From the sequence record DRR723986_6279: a DNA stretch of 64,000 bases. One strand, 5' to 3'. Below the pieces are notes generated by a model. That model made no database searches and was not told the origin of the DNA. It saw only the letters and a list, made by a program, of their open reading frames with translations. Both the position numbers and the translations under genes were made by a program. Of the stretch, positions 37,542-48,212 are shown in pieces (the first letter of the stretch is position 1; every line of letters begins with the position of its first letter).

Positions 37542-40500
37542 ATGAAAAAGATATTTCTACTAGGTGTTACCGCTCTCAGCTCAATATTTGCAACTGGGCA
37601 AATTACAGTGGATAACACAACACAATCACCACAGCAATTAGTTCAAAATGTTCTTGTTGGAGGTGGCGTAGTTGCTTCAAATGTTACATTTAATGGATCT
37701 GCGGTTGCGGCCCAATCACCAAATGTACATGTTGGATTTTTTGATGCAAACGGAACAACCTTTCCAATTTTGGAAGGATTAATTTTGGCAACTGGTAATG
37801 CGCAAGTCGCAGTTGGACCAAATAATTTAGGTTCTGCTGGTAACTGGGAAACTCCTGGATACACAGTAAATCCTGATCCTGACTTGGTTGCAATTAACAC
37901 AGTGCAAATTGCTGATCAAGCGATTCTAGAATTTGATTTCATCCCACAGGGAGACTCTTTGGTGTTTAATTATATTTTTGGCTCAGAAGAATATCCAGAA
38001 TTCGTTAATGGTGGATTTAATGATGCCTTTGGATTTTTTATTAGTGGGCCTGGTTTTGCCGGACCTTTTCAAAACGGCGCTGAAAATATAGCATTGGTTC
38101 CAGGAACCTCTACTCCGGTGACAATTGATAATGTAAACCCTGGCTTGAATAGCCAATATTATTTTGACAACACTGGTGGACAGGACGTTCAGTTTGACGG
38201 TCACACTGTTACACTTCAGGCAGCATGCCAAGTTCAATGTGGTCAAACATATCATATAAAAATTGCAATTAATGATGCTGGTGATGGGTCTTATGATTCT
38301 GCTGTATTTTTAGAGGCAAGTTCATTTAGCTCAAATGGTTCAGATATCGATATCGAATTGGTAGATGAAAATGGTGATCCAATTCAAGGGAACGAATTAA
38401 TTGAAGGATGTACAAGTGCACAAATTAGTTTTGTAGGGCCAGTTGGATACACAGACTCTTCTTACGTTGTTAATGTAAACGTTTCTGGAACAGCAACTAA
38501 CGGTACGGATTACACGCAAATTAACCCTTCATATACCATCCCTCCAGGTCAAGATACCTTAACTATCAGTATCGCGGCTTTACAAGATGCACTTGCAGAA
38601 CCTACTGAAACTTTAATTATTTCAACTTATTACATCAATGCTTGTGGTGATACTGTTGCGATTACTGACACAATTAATATTATTGACGCAGCACCTAGCT
38701 TCAACGTTCTAACCACTGACGTGGTAATAGATTGTCCTACTGGACAAGTACCTGTAACTGCAGCAACTGATGGGGGTATACCAAACCTCATTTACGATTG
38801 GGGTGCTTTTGGAACAGGAACGACTGTGAATGTACCAGGTAATATCAGTGGAACTACAACCTATAATGTTACTGTGACAGATGCATGTGGAGTAGTATCA
38901 AACGGAAGTGTTGATGTCACTCTCAACGCTGGACCAACACCTACTATAACCTTTAATCAAAATACTTTTGTAATTTGTCCTGGTGACAATGCGTTTATTG
39001 ATGCAACATTAAATAATGCTTACGATCCAACTCAGGTAACTTATAGTTGGTCTCCAACCGGGGATATTACAGAAGATATTACAGTTAGCCCTGTTGTCAC
39101 AACTTGGTATATTCTAACAACTTTTGACGGATGCTACACAACAATGGATTCAGTTAAAGTGGATATGGGTACAGTTAACCTGAATAGTATAAATGTGACT
39201 GGTGCCACAGATTGTCCAAATCAAGGTACTTTCGTTCCGGGAACAATTACTGTTGACCCGAACAACCCTCCAGGATGGGTATACACGTTAACGGGTGGTG
39301 GTAATACAGTCGGTCCTCAAGCTAACGGGAACTTTGGCGGTTTAACCGGCGGTATTACGTATTTCTTAAACGTTGTAAATGATCAAGGATGTACCATAGA
39401 CACTGCAGTATTTGTTCCAACGACTGGTGCTCCAATGACTGCGGTCCTGGATTCAATAAGTCACGTTGATTGTTCGGGTGATAATAATGGTACTGCTTAT
39501 GTTAGTGGAATAACTGGTGGACCTGGTGGACCTGGTTATGATGTTACTTGGACACATATTGGAAATGGTATACATGATCAAGATTTAGGTGTTGGTAATA
39601 ATGGAACCTCAAACCAAACAAATTTATATGGTGGAATCTGGTCTGTAGTGATTTTGGATCAAGCTGGCTGTGCTTGGGAAGAGGTGTTCACTATTAATGA
39701 ACCTGCTCCATTAATTATTGATTGGGTTGCAAATGATGTCGTTTGTTTTAATGATGCAAACGGTTCAGTTATCGTGAATCCACAAGGAGGAAATGGTGGT
39801 AACACAGTTTCAATTTTTGACGACTTTATTGGAGGAAACCAAATTAATACTTTGGGAACTTCAAATGCGAATCAGCTAATCACTTCATGGTATTATGCGA
39901 CAGTGGTTGATTCAAAAGGATGTACGGTTAGTGACTCAGTGTTTATTGATGAGCCTGGCCAATTTACAGCAAATCTTAGCGTAACTGACCCTCCTTGTCA
40001 CGGAATCCCAGCTGGTATTGCTCAAGTAACGAGTGGATTAAATGGCCAAGGGGCAATGAACACATGGACTTATATTTGGACTCCAAATCCATCTCAAATA
40101 TCAAATGGTGTAGGAGCAAGTTTCATAAATCAATTGAGTGAAGGTCAATATACATTGACAATTAATGACTCTGTTGGCTGTACTTATAATGAGACATTTA
40201 CGGTTACTTATCCGCCAGAGCTAGTATTTAACGATTTAGGATTTGTTCCTTCACAATGCCGATTATACTCTTATCAAAATGGAAATGGTGTTGTTTATGC
40301 ATCAGCAACGGGTGGAACAGGAGCTCCAACTTATTTATGGACCAATCTAGCAACTGGTCAAACGACAACGAATTCAACATGGGGAGGACTAAACCCTGGT
40401 GATTATTCAATCTTTATTCAAGATGGAAACGGATGTATTTTAACAGATACTGTAGAATTAGACTCTGTTAACCCGATCGCCTCTTTTGATGTAACTTCTG

Positions 40501-41072
40501 CTGAGTTTTTAACTGCTGGGGTATGCGAAGGAACTGCAGTTGTGAATGTAAATTTCACCAACACCTCTCAAAATTACATTGATACGAATGATGTGAATTC
40601 AGTTGCAACATTCTTCTGGACCTTAGATAGTACCAACAATTTACCGTGGTATTTAACACATGATTTCTTGGAGCAAATGGATACAACTTATGGGAATGCA
40701 GGCGTGTACCCAGTATGTTTACAAGTCATCAATGATAATGGATGTGAGGATGTAACTTGTAAGGACATGATTATTCATGACCCGTTAACTTTCACGCCGG
40801 TGAATGTATTTACGCCAAATGGAGATGGAGATAATGACTTCTTTACTTTTGCAAATTGGGCACAAGCAGTTGCTACCTTCCAATGCACAATTGTAAACCG
40901 TTGGGGACAAACCGTTCATATCATGAATGATATTAACGACCAATGGGACGGTTCGAATTTAGCTGGAAACCCTTGCCCGGATGGATTATATTTCTACACG
41001 TATACGGGTGTTGCAACGGATGGAACAACATTCAGTGGTCAAGGAAACATTCACATATTCACAGGAATATAG
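37542..41072 (+). CDS. Large surface protein: choice-of-anchor L-like N-terminus, SprB-like repeats, T9SS type B CTD
   Basis: FGSEEYPE..NDAF, D..YDSAVFL; NVFTPNGDGDND...NRWG...WDG...GLYFY. Confidence 0.85.
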   Translation: MKKIFLLGVTALSSIFATGQITVDNTTQSPQQLVQNVLVGGGVVASNVTFNGSAVAAQSPNVHVGFFDANGTTFPILEGLILATGNAQVAVGPNNLGSAGNWETPGYTVNPDPDLVAINTVQIADQAILEFDFIPQGDSLVFNYIFGSEEYPEFVNGGFNDAFGFFISGPGFAGPFQNGAENIALVPGTSTPVTIDNVNPGLNSQYYFDNTGGQDVQFDGHTVTLQAACQVQCGQTYHIKIAINDAGDGSYDSAVFLEASSFSSNGSDIDIELVDENGDPIQGNELIEGCTSAQISFVGPVGYTDSSYVVNVNVSGTATNGTDYTQINPSYTIPPGQDTLTISIAALQDALAEPTETLIISTYYINACGDTVAITDTINIIDAAPSFNVLTTDVVIDCPTGQVPVTAATDGGIPNLIYDWGAFGTGTTVNVPGNISGTTTYNVTVTDACGVVSNGSVDVTLNAGPTPTITFNQNTFVICPGDNAFIDATLNNAYDPTQVTYSWSPTGDITEDITVSPVVTTWYILTTFDGCYTTMDSVKVDMGTVNLNSINVTGATDCPNQGTFVPGTITVDPNNPPGWVYTLTGGGNTVGPQANGNFGGLTGGITYFLNVVNDQGCTIDTAVFVPTTGAPMTAVLDSISHVDCSGDNNGTAYVSGITGGPGGPGYDVTWTHIGNGIHDQDLGVGNNGTSNQTNLYGGIWSVVILDQAGCAWEEVFTINEPAPLIIDWVANDVVCFNDANGSVIVNPQGGNGGNTVSIFDDFIGGNQINTLGTSNANQLITSWYYATVVDSKGCTVSDSVFIDEPGQFTANLSVTDPPCHGIPAGIAQVTSGLNGQGAMNTWTYIWTPNPSQISNGVGASFINQLSEGQYTLTINDSVGCTYNETFTVTYPPELVFNDLGFVPSQCRLYSYQNGNGVVYASATGGTGAPTYLWTNLATGQTTTNSTWGGLNPGDYSIFIQDGNGCILTDTVELDSVNPIASFDVTSAEFLTAGVCEGTAVVNVNFTNTSQNYIDTNDVNSVATFFWTLDSTNNLPWYLTHDFLEQMDTTYGNAGVYPVCLQVINDNGCEDVTCKDMIIHDPLTFTPVNVFTPNGDGDNDFFTFANWAQAVATFQCTIVNRWGQTVHIMNDINDQWDGSNLAGNPCPDGLYFYTYTGVATDGTTFSGQGNIHIFTGI

Positions 41073-41085
41073 ATTATAAAAAACG

Positions 41086-41124
41086 AAAAAAAGCCCGTCT
41101 CGAATTAACGAGACGGGCTTTTTT
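41086..41124. terminator. Bidirectional intrinsic terminator
   Basis: A7-GCCCGTCTCG-AATTAA-CGAGACGGGC-T6 between convergent genes. Confidence 0.9.
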
Positions 41125-41680
41125 ATTTTATTTCATCTGTGAAGTGACCGCCGTGCTTTCCTTTATCAAACTTCTCTTGATTAAAAGCTGCGGAACCATT
41201 CTTAGGTATTGACAATGATTCCCATGAGGAACCTTTAATATGTTTCCCTAAAAAAACTATTTGACCAACATGATATGAATAATGATTCATTTGTCTGTTA
41301 AATGCCTCTATAATCGTATGTTTTTGATTTCGGATATAAATCGGATGCTCAAAATTAGATGGGGTGATGGAATAGAGTGCTTGAAATAAACACATCCATC
41401 CTTGCTCCCATTTTTCAACTAACTGTTCCTTGTTTTTGATTTGCTCTTCAAATTCAAGATCTCGATTTCGCCATTCTTTTTCTCCATCTTCGGTTAAAAA
41501 ATTGGTCCATCTAGACATCATGTTTCCCCAAAGATGGTTAACGATAATGGCAACAGAATTTGAGTCTTCATCAACTTTAAAATGAATGTCCACTTCTGAA
41601 AGTTGAGCAATAGTTTTATCACCCAGTGATTTATAATACTCAAATTGTTTGATGACGCTATTTAAATAATTTGGAATCAT
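41123..41680 (-). CDS. DUF1572 / DinB-like protein
   Basis: NSVAIIVNHLWGNMMSRWTNFLTEDGEK, HYSYHVGQIV. Confidence 0.8.
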   Translation of the reverse strand: MIPNYLNSVIKQFEYYKSLGDKTIAQLSEVDIHFKVDEDSNSVAIIVNHLWGNMMSRWTNFLTEDGEKEWRNRDLEFEEQIKNKEQLVEKWEQGWMCLFQALYSITPSNFEHPIYIRNQKHTIIEAFNRQMNHYSYHVGQIVFLGKHIKGSSWESLSIPKNGSAAFNQEKFDKGKHGGHFTDEIK

Positions 41681-42714
41681 TCTTCACCGTCAAAATGATT
41701 CCAACCTTGTGCAGTCAGTGGAATGCTTGTTCCACCACGATCAACAATATTACAACCACTTCCCTTATCGGTAAAATGTCCAACAATCTTCATGTGCTCA
41801 TTATCCTTAATCTTATCAAAATCAGATTGACTAATTGAAAATAACAATTCGTAATCCTCTCCTCCATTCAAGGCAGCAGTTGAAGCATCTAGATTAAACT
41901 CTCTGGCCGTATTATAGGTTTCTTGATCAATTGGAATTTTTTCATCATAAATTACACATCCTAAATCGCTGTTTTTAGCCAAATGGAGTGCTTCAGATGC
42001 CAATCCATCAGAAACATCAATCATTGATGTTGGCTTTACACCAAGTTCTTTTAAGTAATGAATAATGTCTTTTCTAGCCTCTGGTTTAAGCTGTCTTTCT
42101 AAAATATAATCAACACCTTCTAAAACAGGTTGCATTTCCGGGTTATCTTGATAAACCTGTCGCTCGCGTTCAAGAATTTGCAAGCCCATATATGCACCAC
42201 CCAAATCTCCTGAAACAACTAATAAGTCATTTTCTTTACCTCCGCTTCTGTAAACAATCTCTTCTTTTGCAACTTCCCCTATTGCGGTAATGGATATAAT
42301 TAATCCAGAAGTGGTAGAAGTGGTATCTCCACCAACCAAATCAACCTTGTACAATTCACAAGCCTTGTGAATTCCTTTATAAATCTCTTCAATAGCTTCA
42401 ATTGAAAACCTACTTGAAACGGCAATGGAAACAGTGATTTGCGTTACATCACCATTCATGGCGTATATGTCAGAGAAATTAACCACTGCTGCTTTGTAGC
42501 CCAAATGCATTAAAGGCGCATACATCAAATTGAAGTGCACTCCCTCTACTAGCATGTCGGTAGATACTAACATGAATTTATCACCTACATCTAGCACGGC
42601 AGCATCATCTCCTACACCTTTAATTGTGGATTCGTGAGTATGCTTAATATCTTTAGTCAACCTTTCGATCAAACCAAATTCACCTAAATTCTTGAGTTCT
42701 GTTCTATTTTCCAT
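41677..42714 (-). CDS. thiL: Thiamine-monophosphate kinase
   Basis: GEFGLI, GDDAA, NFSDIYAM, GGDT, DVSDGL, GGEDYEL. Confidence 0.96.
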   Translation of the reverse strand: MENRTELKNLGEFGLIERLTKDIKHTHESTIKGVGDDAAVLDVGDKFMLVSTDMLVEGVHFNLMYAPLMHLGYKAAVVNFSDIYAMNGDVTQITVSIAVSSRFSIEAIEEIYKGIHKACELYKVDLVGGDTTSTTSGLIISITAIGEVAKEEIVYRSGGKENDLLVVSGDLGGAYMGLQILERERQVYQDNPEMQPVLEGVDYILERQLKPEARKDIIHYLKELGVKPTSMIDVSDGLASEALHLAKNSDLGCVIYDEKIPIDQETYNTAREFNLDASTAALNGGEDYELLFSISQSDFDKIKDNEHMKIVGHFTDKGSGCNIVDRGGTSIPLTAQGWNHFDGEE

Positions 42715-42722
42715 TATAATCT

Positions 42723-42755
42723 AAAATACCGTCTAAGCTGAGCTGAGACGGTATT
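42723..42755 (-). terminator. Hairpin after fumC (probable terminator)
   Basis: AATACCGTCT...AGACGGTATT inverted repeat; short U-tract. Confidence 0.55.
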
Positions 42756-42775
42756 CATGTTTAAATTCATATTTA

Positions 42776-44173
42776 TTAATCTAAAGATCCTATCATTTTT
42801 GATGGATCCACCCACTCCTCATATTTATCTGCAGGAACATAACCAAGGCGAATCGCCTCTTCTTTTAAGGTTGTTCCGTTTTTGTGTGCAGTATTGGCAA
42901 TTTCTGCGGCTTTATAATAACCAATTTTAGTATTTAAGGCCGTTACCAACATCAAAGAATTATTTAATAATTCTTGAATTCTTGCATTATTCGGTTCTAT
43001 TCCTTTTGCGCAATGCTCATTGAATGAATTACAAGCGTCTCCAATTAATCTAGCAGATTGCAACAAATTAGCTGCCATCATTGGCTTGAAAACATTCAAT
43101 TCATAATGACCTTGCGTTCCACCTACTGTAATCGCAACATCATTACCCATTACTTGAGCACATACCATGGTAATTGCCTCGGCTTGTGTTGGGTTCACTT
43201 TGCCTGGCATGATAGAAGATCCTGGTTCATTTGCTGGAATGACTATTTCTCCAATTCCTGATCTAGGTCCTGATGCCATCATTCTAATATCATTCGCAAT
43301 TTTATTTAAAGACACCGCAATTTGTTTCAAAGCACCGTGTGTTTCAACAATTGCATCATGTGCAGCCAAAGCTTCAAATTTATTTTCGGCAGTAATGAAC
43401 GGCAATCCGGTGAACTCGGCAATATACTTCGCAACCAATACGTCATATCCTTTTGGAGTATTTAATCCCGTTCCGACAGCAGTTCCACCTAAAGCCAATT
43501 CAGAAAGATGCGCTAAGGTGTTTTTTAAAGCTTTTAAACCATGCTCTAATTGAGATGCATAACCAGAGAACTCTTGCCCCAAAGTTAATGGAGTTGCATC
43601 CATCAAATGCGTTCTTCCTATTTTAACAACATCTTTAAATGCAGCAGACTTTTCTTTTAACGTTTTAAGCAAGTTTTCTATACCGGGAATGGTTGTTTCA
43701 ATAATCATTTGATAAGACGCAATATGCATTCCAGTGGGAAAAGTATCATTTGAAGATTGTGATTTATTCACGTCATCATTAGGAGTAAGCGTTTTTTCAC
43801 CTTCTCCAATTTTATTCCCAGCTAACTCATGTGCTCTATGCGCGATCACCTCATTCACATTCATATTCGACTGAGTTCCCGATCCTGTTTGCCATATCAC
43901 TAAAGGAAATTGATCATCAAGTTTACCTGCTAAAATTTCGTCACAAACCTGTGCAATTAAATCTCGTTTGGAAGCATCCAAAACACCTAACTCGCAATTT
44001 GTATAAGCCGCAGCTTTTTTTAGATAAGCAAATCCTCTTACCACTTCAATAGGCATAGATCCAGCTGGCCCTATTTTAAAATTATTTCTTGATCTTTCTG
44101 TTTGCGCACCCCAGTATTTATCTGCTGGCACCTTAACTTCACCGATTGTATCTTTTTCAATTCTATATTCCAT
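42776..44173 (-). CDS. fumC: Class II fumarate hydratase
   Basis: [22 protein letters not shown]. Confidence 0.97.
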   Translation of the reverse strand: MEYRIEKDTIGEVKVPADKYWGAQTERSRNNFKIGPAGSMPIEVVRGFAYLKKAAAYTNCELGVLDASKRDLIAQVCDEILAGKLDDQFPLVIWQTGSGTQSNMNVNEVIAHRAHELAGNKIGEGEKTLTPNDDVNKSQSSNDTFPTGMHIASYQMIIETTIPGIENLLKTLKEKSAAFKDVVKIGRTHLMDATPLTLGQEFSGYASQLEHGLKALKNTLAHLSELALGGTAVGTGLNTPKGYDVLVAKYIAEFTGLPFITAENKFEALAAHDAIVETHGALKQIAVSLNKIANDIRMMASGPRSGIGEIVIPANEPGSSIMPGKVNPTQAEAITMVCAQVMGNDVAITVGGTQGHYELNVFKPMMAANLLQSARLIGDACNSFNEHCAKGIEPNNARIQELLNNSLMLVTALNTKIGYYKAAEIANTAHKNGTTLKEEAIRLGYVPADKYEEWVDPSKMIGSLD

Positions 44174-44239
44174 TTATTCTTTATTTCAGAATTAATATTA
44201 ACTTTATCCCACAATTAAATGACAAAAATAATATAAATC

Positions 44240-44401
44240 ATGGTTGCATTAGGTCTAGCTTTATTTCTTTGTATCGGATTACTAGCATTTTGGGTATTAG
44301 CGTTCTTATTAGGATTTGCCGTTCCGTATTGGTTAACTTTAGGAGCAGTTGAAATGCTAAGACCAAAAAGATTGAAAGAAGACTTAGATACTGAGGCATA
44401 A
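44240..44401 (+). CDS. Small membrane protein (53 aa)
   Basis: Manual translation MVALGLALFLCIGLLAFWVLAFLLGFAVPYWLTLGAVEMLRPKRLKEDLDTEA; fills the fumC-arsC gap; own terminator. Confidence 0.65.
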   Translation: MVALGLALFLCIGLLAFWVLAFLLGFAVPYWLTLGAVEMLRPKRLKEDLDTEA

Positions 44402-44423
44402 AATAAGTGCCTATTTTTTACGC

Positions 44424-44452
44424 AACCACGCTTTATAGCGTGGTTTTTTTTT
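44424..44452 (+). terminator. Intrinsic terminator
   Basis: AACCACGCT-TTAT-AGCGTGGTT plus T-tract. Confidence 0.8.
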
Positions 44453-44454
44453 GC

Positions 44455-44793
44455 CTAAATAATCTCTAAAATGTTTTCAGGTGGCCTTCCAATAACTGCT
44501 TTTCCATTATTCACAAGTATCGGTCGTTCAATCAACTTAGGATATTCAACCATTGCTTTAACCCATTCCTTATCTGAAAGATTTTTGCCTTTGAACTTTT
44601 CTTTAAAAATAGGTTCACCCTTACGAACTAATTTCTCGGCTGGAATATCCAACATGGTTAATAAATCAGTCAATTCTTTCACTGTTGGTGGAGTTTCTAG
44701 ATATTTGTACTCTTCAAATTTCAGATGTTTCTCTTCAAGTAGTTGAACCGCGCATCTACTTTTAGAACAACGGTTATTGTGCCAAATTTTCAT
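44455..44793 (-). CDS. arsC: ArsC-family (glutaredoxin-type) reductase
   Basis: HNNRCSKSR, PKLIERPI, IGRPPE. Confidence 0.85.
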   Translation of the reverse strand: MKIWHNNRCSKSRCAVQLLEEKHLKFEEYKYLETPPTVKELTDLLTMLDIPAEKLVRKGEPIFKEKFKGKNLSDKEWVKAMVEYPKLIERPILVNNGKAVIGRPPENILEII

Positions 44794-44897
44794 TTTTTCG
44801 TTTTATCGATATATTTAAAGTCTACAATTAGACAACTTTTTTAGCAAAAATAACGTAATACTAACGTTCAGAGCCGTATTTTTGTATTAAATAGTGC

Positions 44898-47800
44898 ATG
44901 AGGAAACATCTATTACTCATATTAATTTATTTTGGCATTTTATCGAATGCCGTATCTCAGTTTACCACAACTGGCAGTGCTTCTGCAATGGCGGGCTGTA
45001 ATCAATTCGAAATTACTCCAAACAGTAATACCCAAACGGGGAGTATGCATAGTCTTGTTCCGGTAGATTTAACAACAAATTTTTCGTTACTGTTTAAAGT
45101 GAAATTCGGTTGTGATGAATTTGGAGGTGAAGGGATGGCCTTTATGTTCCAACCGGGTGTGTGGACACTTGGTACCGGTGATTACAATCTAGGATATGGA
45201 GGTTTGACCAATACATTAGCTGTAGAGTTTGACACGAGAGACAATCAATCATCTGGGCAAACTACGAATTTTGATATTGCAGGTGATCATATTTCCTTAA
45301 TGTCAAACGGGAATATAAATCACAATGCGCCAACTTGTTTAACAGGACTACCGCTAGACCCTATTTCTACTTTAACAGGAGATGTTGAAGATTGCGTAGC
45401 GCATTTAGTTGAAATTATTTGGACCCCTGGAGCCACCCAGAACATTACCGTGAACGTAGATGGAGCAACTTCTCTAACACATACGTCTGACATGATTAAC
45501 AATGATTTAGGAGGAGCAACACTGGTAACATGGGGATGGACAGGAGCAACCGGATTATTCTCCAATCAACAAACCGTGGAAATTGCTTTATGTCCCTTCT
45601 TTGATTGGTCACCAACCAATTGCCCTGGACAGGTAATTACATTTAATGATTTGTCAATCGGTCAGAATCCAATTATCCAATATGACTGGGATTTTGACGG
45701 AACAATCGTCAATAATGGTGGCCCAAATCCAACGCACACTTTTGCCACTGCTGGAAATCATCCTGTGACCCTAACCGTAACTGATAATCAAGGTTGTACG
45801 GCCGACACGACTATAAACGTTGGAGTCGGGTTTCAAGCAAATATTTCTGCAGACGACTTAACGGTATGTGCTGGTGGATCAACTATTTTACATGCAGAAG
45901 GTATCCCGTTTTCTGGAAACACCTGTTGTTTTGAGTTACATTGTCATGATATTTGGAGTGATGGATGGGGAGGAACAGACGTAGAAGTTTTTGTTGATGG
46001 AGTCTCACAAGGCACTTATTTCCCTCCAAATTTAGGTGGTGGTGGTGCTCATACTGAAGTTTTTCCTATGTGTTTTACACATGGTGCCGTTGTTGATTTG
46101 GTTATCAACGGAACACCAGGAATTCAACCTCAAGAGAGTTCGGTTTACTTAATCAATGCCATGAACGACACTGTTGCAAGAATTGAAAGTAATTTTATTT
46201 CAGGTGGATTAACTTGGGTGGATGGTGGATCTGACAGCTATTTAGTGGACTGTGGAATCACTCCTCCAGCATACACGTATCAATGGGATAATCCAGGATT
46301 TTTAAATAATTCTACACTTGCAGACCCGACCTGTACAATACCATCTTCAACAACTTTTACTGTTGATATTACTGATCCGAATACTGGTTGTGTTATTAGT
46401 AATTCTATTACGATTAATACCTTTGCAGTTCCTGATGCTGTTATCAGTGGAAATGAAACGGTATGTCAAGGTACAAATGCAGATCTCACCATCAATTTTA
46501 CTGGAACCGGACCGTATGACCTCACCATTAACGGACCAACAGGCCCCATAAATCTAACCGGAATATCGGCTAATCCATACACTTTAAGTGTACCAGATGA
46601 TGGTAATTACACCATCACCAGTTTTACTGGAAATGGTTGTACTGGAACTTTTTCTGGGAACGGTACGGTTACTGTAATTATCCCACCTGTCGTAGATATA
46701 GAAATGAATGCAACCTATTGTGATGGAGATGCAATTGCTGCGCTTAATGTAATCTCTGCAAATGGCGGAACAGTAAACTGGTACGATAATCCAGGACTAA
46801 CTCCTCCAATTTTGGCTACAGGAAATACATATACCCCAAATCCCCCGATTGGAACCACAACTTATTATGCTGCAGAAACAGAAGCAGTTCTCGGATGTGT
46901 TGGTCCTACTGACCAGGTCACCATAACTGTCAATCCTGTTCCAACCGCCCCAGTGGTTACTGGAAATACAACGTATTGTGAAGGTGATTTAGCAAGTCCA
47001 TTGGTTGCTACGGCAACTCAGGGAGGAAACATGACCTGGTATGATGCCGCACCTCCCGCAACGGTTTTATCTACAAATATCTCATATGCACCACCACTTC
47101 CTGTAGGCACATTTGATATTTATGTGACAGAAACGGCCGCCGGTTGTGAATCACCTGCCACACAAATAACGATAACTGTAAACCCTACTCCTCTTCCACC
47201 TGCGGTGAATGGACAATTAAATTATTGTGAAGGAGAGACACCAACAGATTTAACTGCAACGCCTACTATGGCAGGTACAATCACCTGGGAAAATACTTCT
47301 AATACCATCCTAGGCACGGGCGCTACATTTACACCTACTTTGGTTGTTGGATCGAGTACTATTTGGGTGTATGAAGAATTAAATGGCTGTAAATCTGATT
47401 CTACTGAAGTCATCATGAACGTTGACGCAGCACCAACAGTGGATGTTCCTACACAACATGTTATTTGTAAAGGAGATTCAGTCTCAATATCTGCTTCAAA
47501 CAACGGTTACGCAATTACTTGGAGTAATGGAGATAGTGGAACACCTATATATTTAGGACCTGATACAACCACCATGTATTTTGTGACGGCTACCAACCCA
47601 AGCTGTGGAACCGCAACCGACAGTATTACTATAATCGTCAACGATAAACCGAATCTAGACGCCGGAACTGATACTTTAATTGGCCTTGGAGGAGAAATTA
47701 CATTATGGGCAAGTTCTACTCAAAATGTTACTTATCAATGGATTCCTGAACCAGATGAATGTATAGAGTCTGATTGTAGTTTAATTTATGATGTTCCAGA

Positions 47801-48158
47801 TCAGGCGACAGTTTATGTCGTTATAGCAACGGATGAATATGGATGTGTTAATTCGGACACCATTTTAGTTGATATTAATGGTTATATGGACGTTTTTGTT
47901 CCAAACATCTTCTCTCCAAATGGTGATGGATTCAATGATTTCCTAGTGATTAACGGTCCAAGACTCTACAATTACACTATAGAGATTTACGATCGTTGGG
48001 GAAAGAAAATTTTTGTGTCTAATGAACAAAAAGATTATTGGGATGGTAGCTTCAATGGGTCTCTTTTAGCGCCGCAAACCTTTGTATATATGCTTTCAGG
48101 AGAAACTGTCTTAGGTGAGCGAATCACTAAAGAAGGTAACGTTTCTATAATTAAATAA
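44898..48158 (+). CDS. Surface protein: L-type lectin-like, PKD and Ig-like domains, T9SS type B CTD
   Basis: LAVEFDT, WGWTGATG; WDFDG; NIFSPNGDGFND...DRWG...WDG. Confidence 0.85.
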   Translation: MRKHLLLILIYFGILSNAVSQFTTTGSASAMAGCNQFEITPNSNTQTGSMHSLVPVDLTTNFSLLFKVKFGCDEFGGEGMAFMFQPGVWTLGTGDYNLGYGGLTNTLAVEFDTRDNQSSGQTTNFDIAGDHISLMSNGNINHNAPTCLTGLPLDPISTLTGDVEDCVAHLVEIIWTPGATQNITVNVDGATSLTHTSDMINNDLGGATLVTWGWTGATGLFSNQQTVEIALCPFFDWSPTNCPGQVITFNDLSIGQNPIIQYDWDFDGTIVNNGGPNPTHTFATAGNHPVTLTVTDNQGCTADTTINVGVGFQANISADDLTVCAGGSTILHAEGIPFSGNTCCFELHCHDIWSDGWGGTDVEVFVDGVSQGTYFPPNLGGGGAHTEVFPMCFTHGAVVDLVINGTPGIQPQESSVYLINAMNDTVARIESNFISGGLTWVDGGSDSYLVDCGITPPAYTYQWDNPGFLNNSTLADPTCTIPSSTTFTVDITDPNTGCVISNSITINTFAVPDAVISGNETVCQGTNADLTINFTGTGPYDLTINGPTGPINLTGISANPYTLSVPDDGNYTITSFTGNGCTGTFSGNGTVTVIIPPVVDIEMNATYCDGDAIAALNVISANGGTVNWYDNPGLTPPILATGNTYTPNPPIGTTTYYAAETEAVLGCVGPTDQVTITVNPVPTAPVVTGNTTYCEGDLASPLVATATQGGNMTWYDAAPPATVLSTNISYAPPLPVGTFDIYVTETAAGCESPATQITITVNPTPLPPAVNGQLNYCEGETPTDLTATPTMAGTITWENTSNTILGTGATFTPTLVVGSSTIWVYEELNGCKSDSTEVIMNVDAAPTVDVPTQHVICKGDSVSISASNNGYAITWSNGDSGTPIYLGPDTTTMYFVTATNPSCGTATDSITIIVNDKPNLDAGTDTLIGLGGEITLWASSTQNVTYQWIPEPDECIESDCSLIYDVPDQATVYVVIATDEYGCVNSDTILVDINGYMDVFVPNIFSPNGDGFNDFLVINGPRLYNYTIEIYDRWGKKIFVSNEQKDYWDGSFNGSLLAPQTFVYMLSGETVLGERITKEGNVSIIK

Positions 48159-48212
48159 ATTCCAACCTTTGAAATTATTATCCGTTTATATTTGTAACAC
48201 ACACTTAATGCT

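Noticed and set aside
42715-42775. TPP riboswitch upstream of thiL
   Set aside because: Gap is only about 60 nt; it contains CTGAGA but within a simple terminator-like hairpin, without the rest of the aptamer
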